Of a stretch of 64,000 nucleotides of DNA, positions 28,608 through 38,618 are shown one piece after another. A program made the position numbers and the translations under genes. The first letter of the stretch is position 1; every line of letters begins with the position of its first letter. The notes under the pieces are model-generated. The model saw nothing but the letters and a program-made list of their open reading frames with translations, was not told where the DNA came from and searched no databases. The stretch comes from an uncultured Sphingomonadaceae bacterium (GTDB lineage: Bacteria; Pseudomonadota; Alphaproteobacteria; Sphingomonadales; Sphingomonadaceae): positions 6,283 through 70,282 of the forward strand of contig CANNCV010000003.1 of the NCBI GenBank assembly GCA_947503245.1. The letters are read 5' to 3'.

Positions 28608-30068
28608 ATGCAGACAGGAACGCTCGTTACGCTTGCCCTCTATTTTGTGGGTATGATCGCCATCGGCTTATATGCTTGGCGCAAATCCACCAATGATATT
28701 GCGGGCTATATGTTGGGCGGCCGCCAATTATCACCCTCAGTTGCGGCTCTGTCCGCTGGTGCATCGGATATGTCTGGTTGGCTTTTATTGGGTCTGCCGG
28801 GCGCACTATATGTGTCTGGCCTTGTCGAAGCGTGGATTGGCATCGGGCTTTTTGCAGGTGCCCTTGCCAATTGGATCATTGTCGCGCCGCGCCTGCGTGA
28901 ACAAACTGAACAGCTTGATAACAGCCTGACCATTCCACAATTTCTGGGGCGGCGTTTCCCCGATGAAGCAATATGGCTGCGCAGTATTTCGGCCATTGTG
29001 ATCATCGTGTTTTTCACGGTTTACACTGCTGCAGGTCTGGTCGGGGGCGGCAAATTGTTCGCCAGCGCCTTTGGTCAGGACTATCTGCTCGGTGTGTGGC
29101 TAACCGCTGCCATAGTGCTGGCCTATACAATGTTTGGCGGCTTTCTTGCCGTTAGCCTGACCGACTTTGTGCAAGGCTGCATCATGGTCGTTGCGTTGGT
29201 GCTGATGCCGATTGTCGCCATGTCTGATCTGGGTGGATGGGCTGCTACGGGCGATATTCTGTATGCAATAAACCCTGAATTGACCAGTCTGACGACAGGA
29301 CTGACATTTATAGGGTTTATGTCTGCTACAGCGTGGGGCCTTGGCTATTTTGGGCAGCCGCATATCATTGTGCGCTTCATGGCATTGCGCAGCGTGTCCG
29401 ACGTGCCGCGCGCCCGCGCTATCGGGATGAGCTGGATGGGCGCTGCATTATTGGGGGCGATTGGTATTGCGCTTGCTGGCCGCGCTTATGTGGAAAGCAA
29501 TGGCCTGCAACTGGATGATCCAGAGACGATATTCATATTGCTGGCCGACACTCTGTTTCACCCTTTGATAACAGGCTTTTTGCTGGCGGCCTTGCTCGCC
29601 GCGATTATGAGCACCATTTCTTCGCAGCTTTTGGTGTCATCATCATCTTTGACCGAGGATTTTTATCGGCAATTCCTGCGCAAAGATGCCAGTGAGGGTG
29701 AGCTGGTTACGATTGGCCGCCTTTCGGTCGCGGCAGTGGCGATATTGGCAGGGCTGATTGCCATTGACCCTGATAGTCAGGTGCTGGGTCTGGTTTCCAA
29801 CGCATGGGCCGGCTTTGGCGCGGCATTTGGGCCGCTGATATTATTATCGCTTTGCTGGCGTAAAACTACTGGCGCTGGCGCCGTTGCTGGGCTTGTAACA
29901 GGTGCTGTCACTGTCATTATATGGATAGCCTTGGGGCTAAACAGTGACTTTTTGGGCTTTGGCGGCATTTACGAGATTATTCCCGGCTTTTTGGTGGCAA
30001 TGACGGCGATCATCATTACCTCTTTGGCAACCGCAAAAGATGAAATCGTGATAGGCACCACCGCATGA
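28608..30068 (+). CDS. putP: Sodium/proline symporter
   Basis: ALSAGASDMSGWLLLGLPG, WGLGYFGQPHI, AAIMST, WAGFGAAFGP. Confidence 0.93.
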   Translation: MQTGTLVTLALYFVGMIAIGLYAWRKSTNDIAGYMLGGRQLSPSVAALSAGASDMSGWLLLGLPGALYVSGLVEAWIGIGLFAGALANWIIVAPRLREQTEQLDNSLTIPQFLGRRFPDEAIWLRSISAIVIIVFFTVYTAAGLVGGGKLFASAFGQDYLLGVWLTAAIVLAYTMFGGFLAVSLTDFVQGCIMVVALVLMPIVAMSDLGGWAATGDILYAINPELTSLTTGLTFIGFMSATAWGLGYFGQPHIIVRFMALRSVSDVPRARAIGMSWMGAALLGAIGIALAGRAYVESNGLQLDDPETIFILLADTLFHPLITGFLLAALLAAIMSTISSQLLVSSSSLTEDFYRQFLRKDASEGELVTIGRLSVAAVAILAGLIAIDPDSQVLGLVSNAWAGFGAAFGPLILLSLCWRKTTGAGAVAGLVTGAVTVIIWIALGLNSDFLGFGGIYEIIPGFLVAMTAIIITSLATAKDEIVIGTTA

Positions 30069-30682
30069 GCAATGATCTTATCATGGACAATCATGATGAT
30101 ATTTTGGCGCATATCTGGCAGCAATTGCGCCGCGGCGGGAAAGACCGTCGCCATAGCTTCCATGTGTTGACCATTGCCAACGCCCTGCCCGATGGCAAGG
30201 CAACACAGCGCGTCATGGTGTTGCGCGAAGCTGATCCAGAAACGCGCCTTCTGCGTTTCCATACCGATCTGCGTGCTGCCAAATCTGATATGATCGGCGA
30301 CGGCATTCCGGTCTCAGTTCTGGCCTATGATGCAAAGGGCAAAACGCAACTGCGCATGCAAGGCCATGGCCGGATTGATCATGATAGCCCCCGTGCAGAC
30401 GATGCCTGGCAAAAATCGGTACCATTCTCACGCCGTTGCTATCTGGCAGACCCAGCACCGGGCAGCCCGACAGATACCCCCATATCCGGCCTTCCCTCTG
30501 ACCTTGAAGGTGTTGAACCCACTATGGAACGGAGCGAAGAAGGCCGCAAAAACTTTGCGTTGCTATTGACCGAGATCACAACAATTGAATGGCTCTACCT
30601 GGCCCATACTGGGCATAGACGCACGGTGTTTACCTATGACGAAAAGGTCGATAGTTGGAATAGTCAGTGGTTGGTGCCTTGA
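30065..30682 (+). CDS. Pyridoxamine 5'-phosphate oxidase-family FMN-binding protein
   Basis: RVMVLRE, LRFHTDLRAAK, QLRMQG, EWLYLAHTGHRR. Confidence 0.85.
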   Translation: MSNDLIMDNHDDILAHIWQQLRRGGKDRRHSFHVLTIANALPDGKATQRVMVLREADPETRLLRFHTDLRAAKSDMIGDGIPVSVLAYDAKGKTQLRMQGHGRIDHDSPRADDAWQKSVPFSRRCYLADPAPGSPTDTPISGLPSDLEGVEPTMERSEEGRKNFALLLTEITTIEWLYLAHTGHRRTVFTYDEKVDSWNSQWLVP

Positions 30683-30723
30683 TGTTAGGCTGAGATATTT
30701 AAGCTTTCGCTATCAAATAACGT

Positions 30724-30809
30724 TCGTCACCCCAGACTTGACCCGGAGTCCAGAGCCAAAATTCTTAGCGCATACTGCTCTGGATCGAGATTCGAGTTCA
30801 GGATGACGA
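30724..30809. repeat. Degenerate palindromic (REP-like) element
   Basis: Left arm TCGTCACCCCAGACTTGACCCGGAGTCCAGAG and right arm CTCTGGATCGAGATTCGAGTTCAGGATGACGA are imperfect inverted repeats, each with an internal hairpin. Confidence 0.65.
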
Positions 30810-30880
30810 TGCACTTTCCAATATTATTTAACTTGGAATTTGGTCAATCAATCATAAATGCTGTCTGCTATATGAGGGCA

Positions 30881-31438
30881 TCAAATTCTGACATACGCCA
30901 TGTATCCAATTTTTTGGATCGGGCAGTAATAAAAGTTAAACCTCGTAAAATATCCTGAGCTTAGATCAACTGAATGATAGGCTTTACCATCTTCACAATC
31001 TTGATCTGGCATCCAATCAGGAGTTACTCCACCCGCAACGGTCAGGTAATTATTATATCCATGTGGATCCGCACCGCTCGTAAGAGAATATTTAGATACA
31101 AAGCTGTCAAAATTCTCAGGTTCTATGGAAAACATATAGTATTCTCCATCAGAAAGATAATCAATCCACTCATGTCCTCGGATGCCTTTCGCACCATGCT
31201 GGACTAGCTCAGGAAAGGAACTATCAAAACTTGAGACTTCAATATCTGTATGATGCTCTCCAAAGGCACTCCACATTAACCAAAATGCTATGCAAAAAGA
31301 GATGGATAGGCCTGTCAGAAAACTTGTTGTTTTTGAGGTTTTGAACAGAGATCGGCATATAGCGAAAATAACAAGAGTTGCGAAGATAACAAATATCGCG
31401 GCAAAAATTATCGCACCAACCTTAACAAATCCGGGCAC
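30881..31438 (-). CDS. Hypothetical membrane-anchored protein
   Basis: 185 aa, two N-terminal TM segments, GTG start 5 bp after the ettA stop, visibly AT-richer than its neighbours. Confidence 0.65.
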   Translation of the reverse strand: MPGFVKVGAIIFAAIFVIFATLVIFAICRSLFKTSKTTSFLTGLSISFCIAFWLMWSAFGEHHTDIEVSSFDSSFPELVQHGAKGIRGHEWIDYLSDGEYYMFSIEPENFDSFVSKYSLTSGADPHGYNNYLTVAGGVTPDWMPDQDCEDGKAYHSVDLSSGYFTRFNFYYCPIQKIGYMAYVRI

Positions 31439-31443
31439 CTACC

Positions 31444-33123
31444 TCACCGTGTCAGCTTTTTATATGCCAGTCTTGTCGGGCGATCTGCTGCATCACCCAA
31501 TCTGCGGCGCTTATCTTCCTCATAGCTTTCAAAATTTCCTTCAAACCATTCAACATGGCTGTCGCCTTCAAAAGCGAGGATGTGCGTTGCCAAGCGGTCA
31601 AGGAAGAAGCGATCATGCGAGATGACCACGGCGCAGCCGGCAAAGCTCTCCAGAGCGTCCTCAAGCGCACGCAGCGTTTCCACGTCAAGATCGTTTGTCG
31701 GCTCATCGAGCAGCAGCACGTTGCCGCCTTCTTTAAGCATCTTGGCCATATGCACGCGGTTGCGTTCACCGCCCGATAGCTGACCGACTTTCTTCTGTTG
31801 GTCCGTGCCTTTAAAGTTAAATGCCCCCACATATGCGCGGGTTTGTACGTCATGTTTGCCGAAGGTGAAGAAATCCAGCCCATCGGAAATCTCTTCCCAG
31901 ACATTCTTATTCGGGTCCAAATCATCACGGCTTTGGTCAACATAGCCCAGTTGCACCGTGGAGCCGACCTCTATGGTGCCGCTATCGGGTGTTTCTTGCC
32001 CCGTAATCAGTTTGAACAATGTGGATTTACCCGCACCATTTGGCCCGATAACCCCAACAATACCGCCCGGTGGCAGCGTGAAGTTCAGATTTTCAAACAA
32101 CAATTTATCGCCATAGGCCTTGGTTAGACCCTCAGCTTCAATGACTTTGCCACCCAGACGGGCCGGTGTTTGGATAAGGATTTGCGCTTTGCCCGGATCG
32201 CGATTTTCCTGCGCTTCGACCAATTGATCAAAGCTCTTAATCCGCGCTTTGGACTTTGTTTGGCGGCCTTTCGGGTTTTGCCTGATCCAGTCCAGCTCCT
32301 GATTAATCGCCTTTTGACGCCCTTGGTCTTCGCGCGATTCCTGCTCAAGCCGCTTGGCCTTTTTCTCCAAATAGCCTGAATAGTTGGACTCATAAGCAAA
32401 ATAGCGTCCGCGATCGAGCTCCAGCACCCATTTCACTACATTGTCGAGGAAATAGCGATCGTGGGTGACCATGATAACATTGCCTTTATACTCAACCAAA
32501 TGGTTCTCCAGCCAAGCGACGCTTTCGGCATCCAAATGGTTGGTAGGCTCATCGAGCAACAGGATTTCCGGCTTATCAAGCAGCAAGCGACACAATGCGA
32601 CACGGCGGCGCTCACCGCCTGAAAGATTGGTCACCTGAGCATCACCCGGCGGGCAGCGCAGCGCCTCCATGGCGATTTCCAGCTGGTTATCCAGCGTCCA
32701 GCCATCAACGGCATCAATTTTGCCTTGTAGGTCGCCCATCTCTTCCATCAATGCGTCAAAATCCACATCTTCTGGTGGGTCCGCCATCAGGCCAGTAATT
32801 TCATTAAAACGGTCGACAAGGTCTGCCACCTCACGCACACCGTCCATAACATTCTCTTTGACAGTCTTGCTGTCATCAAGATGTGGCTCCTGTGCCAGAT
32901 AGCCAACACGAATGCCCTCACCTGCCCATGCTTCGCCGGCAAATTCGGTATCCATGCCCGCCATGATTTTCATCAAGGTCGATTTACCCGCGCCATTTGG
33001 CCCGACAATACCGATCTTCGCATCCGGTAAAAATTGCAGATTAATATCATTAAGAGTCGGCTTATTGGCGCCGGGATAGGTCTTAGTCAGACCTTTCATA
33101 ACGTAGCTATACTGCACGGCCAT
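31444..33123 (-). CDS. ettA: Energy-dependent translational throttle ABC-F ATPase
   Basis: Two ABC domains (GPNGAGKST x2, LSGGE, LLDEPTN), GIRVGYLAQEP, no TM segments. Confidence 0.95.
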   Translation of the reverse strand: MAVQYSYVMKGLTKTYPGANKPTLNDINLQFLPDAKIGIVGPNGAGKSTLMKIMAGMDTEFAGEAWAGEGIRVGYLAQEPHLDDSKTVKENVMDGVREVADLVDRFNEITGLMADPPEDVDFDALMEEMGDLQGKIDAVDGWTLDNQLEIAMEALRCPPGDAQVTNLSGGERRRVALCRLLLDKPEILLLDEPTNHLDAESVAWLENHLVEYKGNVIMVTHDRYFLDNVVKWVLELDRGRYFAYESNYSGYLEKKAKRLEQESREDQGRQKAINQELDWIRQNPKGRQTKSKARIKSFDQLVEAQENRDPGKAQILIQTPARLGGKVIEAEGLTKAYGDKLLFENLNFTLPPGGIVGVIGPNGAGKSTLFKLITGQETPDSGTIEVGSTVQLGYVDQSRDDLDPNKNVWEEISDGLDFFTFGKHDVQTRAYVGAFNFKGTDQQKKVGQLSGGERNRVHMAKMLKEGGNVLLLDEPTNDLDVETLRALEDALESFAGCAVVISHDRFFLDRLATHILAFEGDSHVEWFEGNFESYEEDKRRRLGDAADRPTRLAYKKLTR

Positions 33124-33239
33124 GGCGAATTGTCCTGTTTTCAAATTTCTTATTGATGCGAGCGCTGCCTAGCGAAGGCTGACCAGTGCTGCAAGAGAGG
33201 CATTTGCAAAAATTCAGACGCTGGTTAAACACATTGGCT

Positions 33240-34625
33240 ATGAAACATCTCAGCACCGGATTCGCCGCGCTTGCCAGCGCCCTTATTTTTTCTGCCCCTG
33301 CCTATGCACAGTTTAATGTCGCAGAGCTTCAGGAAAAGGCTCTTGCCGATGATACTGCTTATGAAATTGTTGAGGGACTTACGACCGAAGTCGGGCCTAG
33401 ACTAGCCGGAACAGAGGCTGAGGCACGCGCCCGCGATTGGGCCGTAAAGAAACTTACGGCTTTGGGTTTTGAAAATATTCGGGTTGATAATTTTGAGCTC
33501 CCGACATGGGTTCGCGGCGAAGAGGTCGCGCAAATCATCGCTCCCTTCCCGCATAATATGCACATCACCGCATTGGGTAACAGCGCATCCACTGGCGAAG
33601 ATGGCATGGAAGGTGAGATTGTCCATTTCCGCACTTTGGCCGATCTACAAGCCATTCCTGATAACAGTCTGAATGGCAAAATTGCTTATGTCAGCCATGA
33701 TATGACGCGCACGCAGGATGGATCATCCTATGGCTATTTTGGCGGGGTGCGCTTTTTTGGACCGCGCGTTGCTTCTGAAAAAGGGGCATCTGCTATGGTC
33801 ATCCGCTCTGTTGGAACGGATTATCATCGCAATCCACACACAGGAAACACCAGTTTTGGCGATGCAAAGCCCATACCGGCAGGGGCGATATCCATTCCTG
33901 ACGCAGAGAATCTGGACCGGATTATAGAACGTGCAAAAACATTGGGTGAGCCTGTGCGCATCCGCATGAAGATGACACCGCGCAATATAGGCGTGCAAAC
34001 ATCGGGCAATGTGATCGCCGAAATTCCAGGTAGTGACCCTAGCCTGCCCATCATTGTGATTGGTGGCCATTTAGACAGTTGGGATTTGGGCACTGGCGCT
34101 GTTGATGATGGTGCAGGTGTGGCCATTACAACTGCCGCAGCGAAGCTGATTAAAGATGCGGGTCAACCCAAGCGCACAATACGCATTGTCTGGTTTGGGT
34201 CAGAGGAAGTGGGCATATGGGGCGGCCGCGCCTATGCCGAAAAATATGGCGCAAAGGGCCATGCGATCGCCATGGAGTCAGACTTTGGCGCAGGGCGCAT
34301 TTACCGCGTTGAATTTAAACTGCCAGAGGGCAATCACGCTCTCAAAACAGAAATCACCAATGCGTTGTCCACTTTGGGGATAGGGCCATGGGCTGCTCCG
34401 GCTAGCGGCGGCCCTGATAATGGTCCACTAGTGCGTTTGGGTGTAAACGCAATCGATCTTCAGCAGGATGGCACAGACTATTTTGATCTGCATCACACGC
34501 CTGATGATACGCTTGATAAAATTGACCCGGCCATGATGAAACAGAATGTCGCCGCTTGGGTGACGGTTCTTTCTATCATCGCCAATAGCGAGGCCGATAT
34601 TGCGGCCAGACCGGTTGAGCAATGA
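33240..34625 (+). CDS. M28 family metallopeptidase (carboxypeptidase Q-like), secreted
   Basis: Signal peptide, GPRLAGT, GGHLDSWDLGTGAVDDGAG, SEEVG, HHTPDDT. Confidence 0.9.
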   Translation: MKHLSTGFAALASALIFSAPAYAQFNVAELQEKALADDTAYEIVEGLTTEVGPRLAGTEAEARARDWAVKKLTALGFENIRVDNFELPTWVRGEEVAQIIAPFPHNMHITALGNSASTGEDGMEGEIVHFRTLADLQAIPDNSLNGKIAYVSHDMTRTQDGSSYGYFGGVRFFGPRVASEKGASAMVIRSVGTDYHRNPHTGNTSFGDAKPIPAGAISIPDAENLDRIIERAKTLGEPVRIRMKMTPRNIGVQTSGNVIAEIPGSDPSLPIIVIGGHLDSWDLGTGAVDDGAGVAITTAAAKLIKDAGQPKRTIRIVWFGSEEVGIWGGRAYAEKYGAKGHAIAMESDFGAGRIYRVEFKLPEGNHALKTEITNALSTLGIGPWAAPASGGPDNGPLVRLGVNAIDLQQDGTDYFDLHHTPDDTLDKIDPAMMKQNVAAWVTVLSIIANSEADIAARPVEQ

Positions 34626-34885
34626 CTTTGAATATCCGCTTTTGTTGTGCCCTTATCGCGCTGGCCTTTGTCACAGCATGCAGCAAAGTGCCGGAAGATG
34701 TGGCTTCAGAAGATACTAACCTTACCGAAGAACAGCAAATTGATAAGAGCGCAGAAACATTAGAAGAAGCAGCGGACGCAGCGATGCAAATTGAAATTGA
34801 TTCCCTCAATAATGTGGAACCGGAGGCCAATAGCGGGAAGGTCGAACAGAATGATAAGGGCCAAAACTCCGAAGATGCAGAGTGA
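34622..34885 (+). CDS. Small acidic lipoprotein, hypothetical
   Basis: Lipobox FVTAC; ATGA overlap with the peptidase. Confidence 0.65.
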   Translation: MTLNIRFCCALIALAFVTACSKVPEDVASEDTNLTEEQQIDKSAETLEEAADAAMQIEIDSLNNVEPEANSGKVEQNDKGQNSEDAE

Positions 34886-34910
34886 TACTGGGCCGGAATA
34901 TCTCCAGTGA

Positions 34911-36152
34911 TTATATCGGACTATCCATCTTAGCCGACAATAATTGTGTTCTATCATCACGGTTGTAGATGTCATCGCGATAATCCAAACCAAATGGTGT
35001 CGGCATAACGGTAAAATAGGTCAGATAGACAGGCATCGGCTGCGGCAAAGGAACATTCTGTTCAGGCTCCAAAGTATTGGTAACCGGTCGCTCACCATAT
35101 ATCCATTTGGCGAGTAGCCATGGAAACTCCACCCTTACACAACCCGCGCTTAATGCCCTGCTCTCACGTGTAAACAGGGTCTTGCCAGGCGTGTCATGCA
35201 GATAGACGCCAAAGTCATTGGGAAACATAAATTTAATTGCGCCCATGCCATTGCCCGGGCCAGGTCGTTGCCGCAGGCGTAATTCTGTTTCGCCTTTTGC
35301 TACAGCTTGCCAATTGACCTCATCATGCTGCAATATTGTGGCTTCACTGGTCCAGTCAGACAGAGCTTCGAACCCGGCACTTTGTAAATAGCTCTCACCG
35401 CGGGCAATAACCCGCGGGGCATAACGATCTCTGGTTAGATCGGGCGGGATATTCCAATAAGGATTGAGCACGGAATATCGTATCAAACCAGCCATCATTG
35501 GTGTGGGGTCGCTAGGCTTACCCACAATGACTCGCATGGATTTTACAGAGCGGCCATCTTCGAACATGTAAAGCTGCTGCTTGGCTGCATCGACCAATAT
35601 AAATTTCTTGCCCAAAAAAACTGGCAATTCTTTTGCACGTTGCAAATTAACATTGAGCACGCGTCTATGCGCTCCATGCCCTTTATTTAATGAGATAATC
35701 AGGGCCTCATCCGCATGAAAGCCTGACGCCAGACCATGATCACGCCGATATGCAAATATCTTTTCTGACAAAGCGGGATCATAAAACGGCTTTGACGATA
35801 GCCCAAGGCGCAGCCTCAGCTGCGTAACATCATCGCCGCTAGCGCCCTCAGCCAATCGCCGCGTGTAAACCAAGTCAAATTGTGGCAGAACACCCCATCG
35901 CCGATCAAAATCACGAATGGCAGCCGCAAAACGCGTGACCAGCAGATTGTTTTGCTGCTGGCTCTTTCCAAATTCACCATAATCCAGAATCGGCGGAGAA
36001 TATTGGTTAGCGATATTCGCGAGTTCTTGGTCCGCATAATATGTTGTCAGATCCCCGTCACCGCGGGCCAAAGCGGTGCTTCCCATAGCAGTGAAAGCCG
36101 CTATGGCAAGCACGCTCAAGCGCACGATATTTTGGGGAATCTTTAGGCGCAA
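34911..36152 (-). CDS. L,D-transpeptidase (YcbB/LdtD-like) with PG-binding region
   Basis: SMRVIVGK, WNIP, PGPGNGMGAIKFMFPN, YLHDTP, SAGCVRV. Confidence 0.9.
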   Translation of the reverse strand: MRLKIPQNIVRLSVLAIAAFTAMGSTALARGDGDLTTYYADQELANIANQYSPPILDYGEFGKSQQQNNLLVTRFAAAIRDFDRRWGVLPQFDLVYTRRLAEGASGDDVTQLRLRLGLSSKPFYDPALSEKIFAYRRDHGLASGFHADEALIISLNKGHGAHRRVLNVNLQRAKELPVFLGKKFILVDAAKQQLYMFEDGRSVKSMRVIVGKPSDPTPMMAGLIRYSVLNPYWNIPPDLTRDRYAPRVIARGESYLQSAGFEALSDWTSEATILQHDEVNWQAVAKGETELRLRQRPGPGNGMGAIKFMFPNDFGVYLHDTPGKTLFTRESRALSAGCVRVEFPWLLAKWIYGERPVTNTLEPEQNVPLPQPMPVYLTYFTVMPTPFGLDYRDDIYNRDDRTQLLSAKMDSPI

Positions 36153-36153
36153 A

Positions 36154-36576
36154 TTAACCGCGTTCCCCGCGTTGAACTGGTGCCACCTCTTGCTGAGGCG
36201 CGGGCGGTGGTGGATTTACAGAACGCGCAGTCCACCGCGACGTTTCGTTACAGCTGCTGGCCAAAGATAATGGCCGTCCAGCAACAAAGCGCTGACTATA
36301 ATTCCAACATTCCTGCATATTTCCGCTCTGCAAGCACAGTTGATTACCACGAACTGACCAGCTCCCTGTGGCATTAGCCCCAGCGCCATTTATCTGCGCT
36401 TGGCCATTGGGTGCAAAAAAGACACTGTTGCTAGTACCATCTGCAAAGACAACATCAACAGTGTGCCCGCGCAGTTCGCTGCCATCCAATGGCCCAGTTT
36501 GCGCATAAGCATTTCCCCCGCTCATGCCCAGCGCAATCATGCCGGTCATGCATAAAGTTCTTTTAGATAATTGCAT
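36154..36576 (-). CDS. Secreted hypothetical protein
   Basis: Signal peptide, beta-rich domain with Cys pairs (CLQ, ECW, SCN); 1 bp upstream of the L,D-transpeptidase. Confidence 0.7.
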   Translation of the reverse strand: MQLSKRTLCMTGMIALGMSGGNAYAQTGPLDGSELRGHTVDVVFADGTSNSVFFAPNGQAQINGAGANATGSWSVRGNQLCLQSGNMQECWNYSQRFVAGRPLSLASSCNETSRWTARSVNPPPPAPQQEVAPVQRGERG

Positions 36577-36869
36577 TGATGATCCTTTCCTACACACATT
36601 TCAATCACAATAAATTCCTATTGTATGATATTATGGATCGTCAAGGTTATATACACAAAGTTACTCTTATTGATTTGTATATACATGTAAACCTAAATTT
36701 AATATAGTTACTTATTTTTACAATGCCATATATAGTGATTTATGTAAGTTTACTTTTTGTTTTTTCTTAATGACTCTATAAAATATCCAGATCGCTCACA
36801 ATGGGCTTTCAGTATTATTACGTAACATAGGTTTTCAAGAATGTTACTATGTAGATATGGGAGTTTAAA

Positions 36870-37178
36870 ATGAAACTTTTTGCAAAAATTGCTACGGTTG
36901 CTGCAAGTTTGATGCTAGTTATTGGCTCAACTGCAGTGCAGGCACGCGCCGGTCTTATCGCTACAAATTATAGCGGTATTTGCGCTTCCAGTCCTGCGGG
37001 GTGCGTTTTGCCAGTCAAGGCAGCGCCAGCTGCTCCCGCCGCCGCTGAAGAAGCCGCAGCAGTTGCTGCTGAAGAAGGTGGCTTCCCGATCATATTATCA
37101 TTGATCGCCGCCGCCGCTGTAGTGGGCGGTATCATTATTCTTGCCGATGACGACGATGATATACCAACTTCACCATAA
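36870..37178 (+). CDS. Small secreted/membrane-anchored hypothetical protein
   Basis: RBS GGGAG; signal peptide, two Cys, Ala/Pro/Glu linker, C-terminal TM and DDDDDIPTSP tail; own terminator. Confidence 0.75.
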   Translation: MKLFAKIATVAASLMLVIGSTAVQARAGLIATNYSGICASSPAGCVLPVKAAPAAPAAAEEAAAVAAEEGGFPIILSLIAAAAVVGGIIILADDDDDIPTSP

Positions 37179-37202
37179 GCTACTTGAACTATAAAATATT
37201 AT

Positions 37203-37237
37203 GGCAGGTGTTCCAGTGGAGCATCTGCCTTTTTTTT
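37203..37237 (+). terminator. Intrinsic terminator
   Basis: GGCAGGTGTTCC-AGT-GGAGCATCTGCC followed by a T8 tract. Confidence 0.8.
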
Positions 37238-37281
37238 ATTTTCTGAAGAATCTGGTTTCTGAAAAGACCTTAGTGACAATA

Positions 37282-37358
37282 TGGTCGGGGAGACAGGATT
37301 TGAACCTGCGACCCCCTGTACCCAAAACAGGTGCGCTACCAGGCTGCGCCACTCCCCG
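37282..37358 (-). tRNA. tRNA-Pro (UGG)
   Basis: Reverse complement CGGGGAGTGGCGCAGCCTGGTAGCGCACCTGTTTTGGGTACAGG...CCCCGACCA. Confidence 0.97.
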
Positions 37359-37420
37359 ACATATTGACATTGCATCAGCTTTTTACAGCAAATGCATTTA
37401 CCGGTTAGACCGATAAATTT

Positions 37421-37497
37421 TGGTGGGCCCGGAGGGACTCGAACCCCCGACCTAGCCGTTATGAGCGGCCAGCTCTAACCAACTGAGCTACAGGCCC
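37421..37497 (-). tRNA. tRNA with CAU anticodon, most likely tRNA-Ile2 (lysidine)
   Basis: Reverse complement GGGCCTGTAGCTCAG...GGCCGCTCATAACGGCT...GGGCCCACCA; paired G1-C72 and no GGG-CCC anticodon stem, so not the initiator. Confidence 0.9.
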
Positions 37498-37596
37498 AAA
37501 CCCATTGCCAGCCCCCTAGCCGAAAGGATATTCTCTTGGCAAGCGACAAAACCATATTTTCCCAAAATAGCACTGACAAAATCGTAAAAGCGGCCT

Positions 37597-38598
37597 TTAT
37601 GAAAAGGCCGCAGCTTTAATATCATGCAAAGATGCAGGCTTGATGTTGCGCAGCCCACAATAGGCAAAGACCCGCCGCCACCAATCATATAGCCGGTCAA
37701 GGTCATCCCTATTTCTGACATATGGGGTATGTCCTGGCTGTAAAGATGGTGAGTGAAAAGAAAATGTTAGCAACTGCAAATGCTCATCAAGCGCCATATC
37801 TATCGCACGAATGGCTTCATCGACGGTTATCCCTTCGGGGGTAAGTGCAATACGCTCAAGCAGATTCGTACGCGCTAAAGCCGCGCGCAATGTTGGCCGG
37901 TTGGAAAGGCGCGGAAAAATAAAGTCCCCCTGCCGCCTTAATAAACCCCAGAACATGGTCGTCAAAGGCAGTTCCAACAGATTATGCCCTTCATCCAACC
38001 AATATGGTTTTACCGGATGATCTTTATAGTCCGGTCCATCCGACCCACTATAATCAAATTTGCTCCTAACAGAGGTGTCGATCAAAATTCCGGCCTCATG
38101 AAGGATCTGCGCCGTATTTGGCCCCGCTCCATAGCGTCCTGCGCGATAGATAATGGGCGCTTGCCCAATAGACTGTTCTATTTTTTCAACCAGCGAAAGC
38201 AATTTCGCACGCTCAAGCTCTTTAGGAAGGTTGCCTGCAAAACTGTTGAAGTTATTCGTCTCTTCAGAAAATGGCGGACTAACCCAAGGATGCAATTGTG
38301 CTCCTACTGCCGCAACACCTTTGCTAACAAACTCGCGCAACCGTTCCGCGGCTGGCTCATGCGTAATAACGGGATAATCAACCAAATAAATCGGTATGAC
38401 GCCATGACCTTCACAAAATTGTTGAAACCGGTCTAAGCGTTCGAGACTGTCCAAACCATAGCCTGTGCGGGATATAGGTTTGTTCCAGTCAAAATCTTCT
38501 TCTGTATCAACAGTGACGATAAAACGCTGACCGAAAGAATCTGGAAATGAAAACCATTCCGGCTTCTTCGGTGGAAGATTGAGCGCGCTAAATGACAC
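37597..38598 (-). CDS. Polysaccharide deacetylase family protein (WalW-like)
   Basis: FIVTVDTEEDFDW, GAQLHPW, YRAGRYG, DTSV, FSFHSPSLQPG. Confidence 0.85.
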   Translation of the reverse strand: MSFSALNLPPKKPEWFSFPDSFGQRFIVTVDTEEDFDWNKPISRTGYGLDSLERLDRFQQFCEGHGVIPIYLVDYPVITHEPAAERLREFVSKGVAAVGAQLHPWVSPPFSEETNNFNSFAGNLPKELERAKLLSLVEKIEQSIGQAPIIYRAGRYGAGPNTAQILHEAGILIDTSVRSKFDYSGSDGPDYKDHPVKPYWLDEGHNLLELPLTTMFWGLLRRQGDFIFPRLSNRPTLRAALARTNLLERIALTPEGITVDEAIRAIDMALDEHLQLLTFSFHSPSLQPGHTPYVRNRDDLDRLYDWWRRVFAYCGLRNIKPASLHDIKAAAFS

Positions 38599-38618
38599 AA
38601 ATATTGCCTAAGAATCCC

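Noticed and set aside
36680-36710. CtrA box upstream of the small 102-aa gene
   Set aside because: Only mismatched or mis-spaced TTAA pairs in very AT-rich DNA; expected by chance
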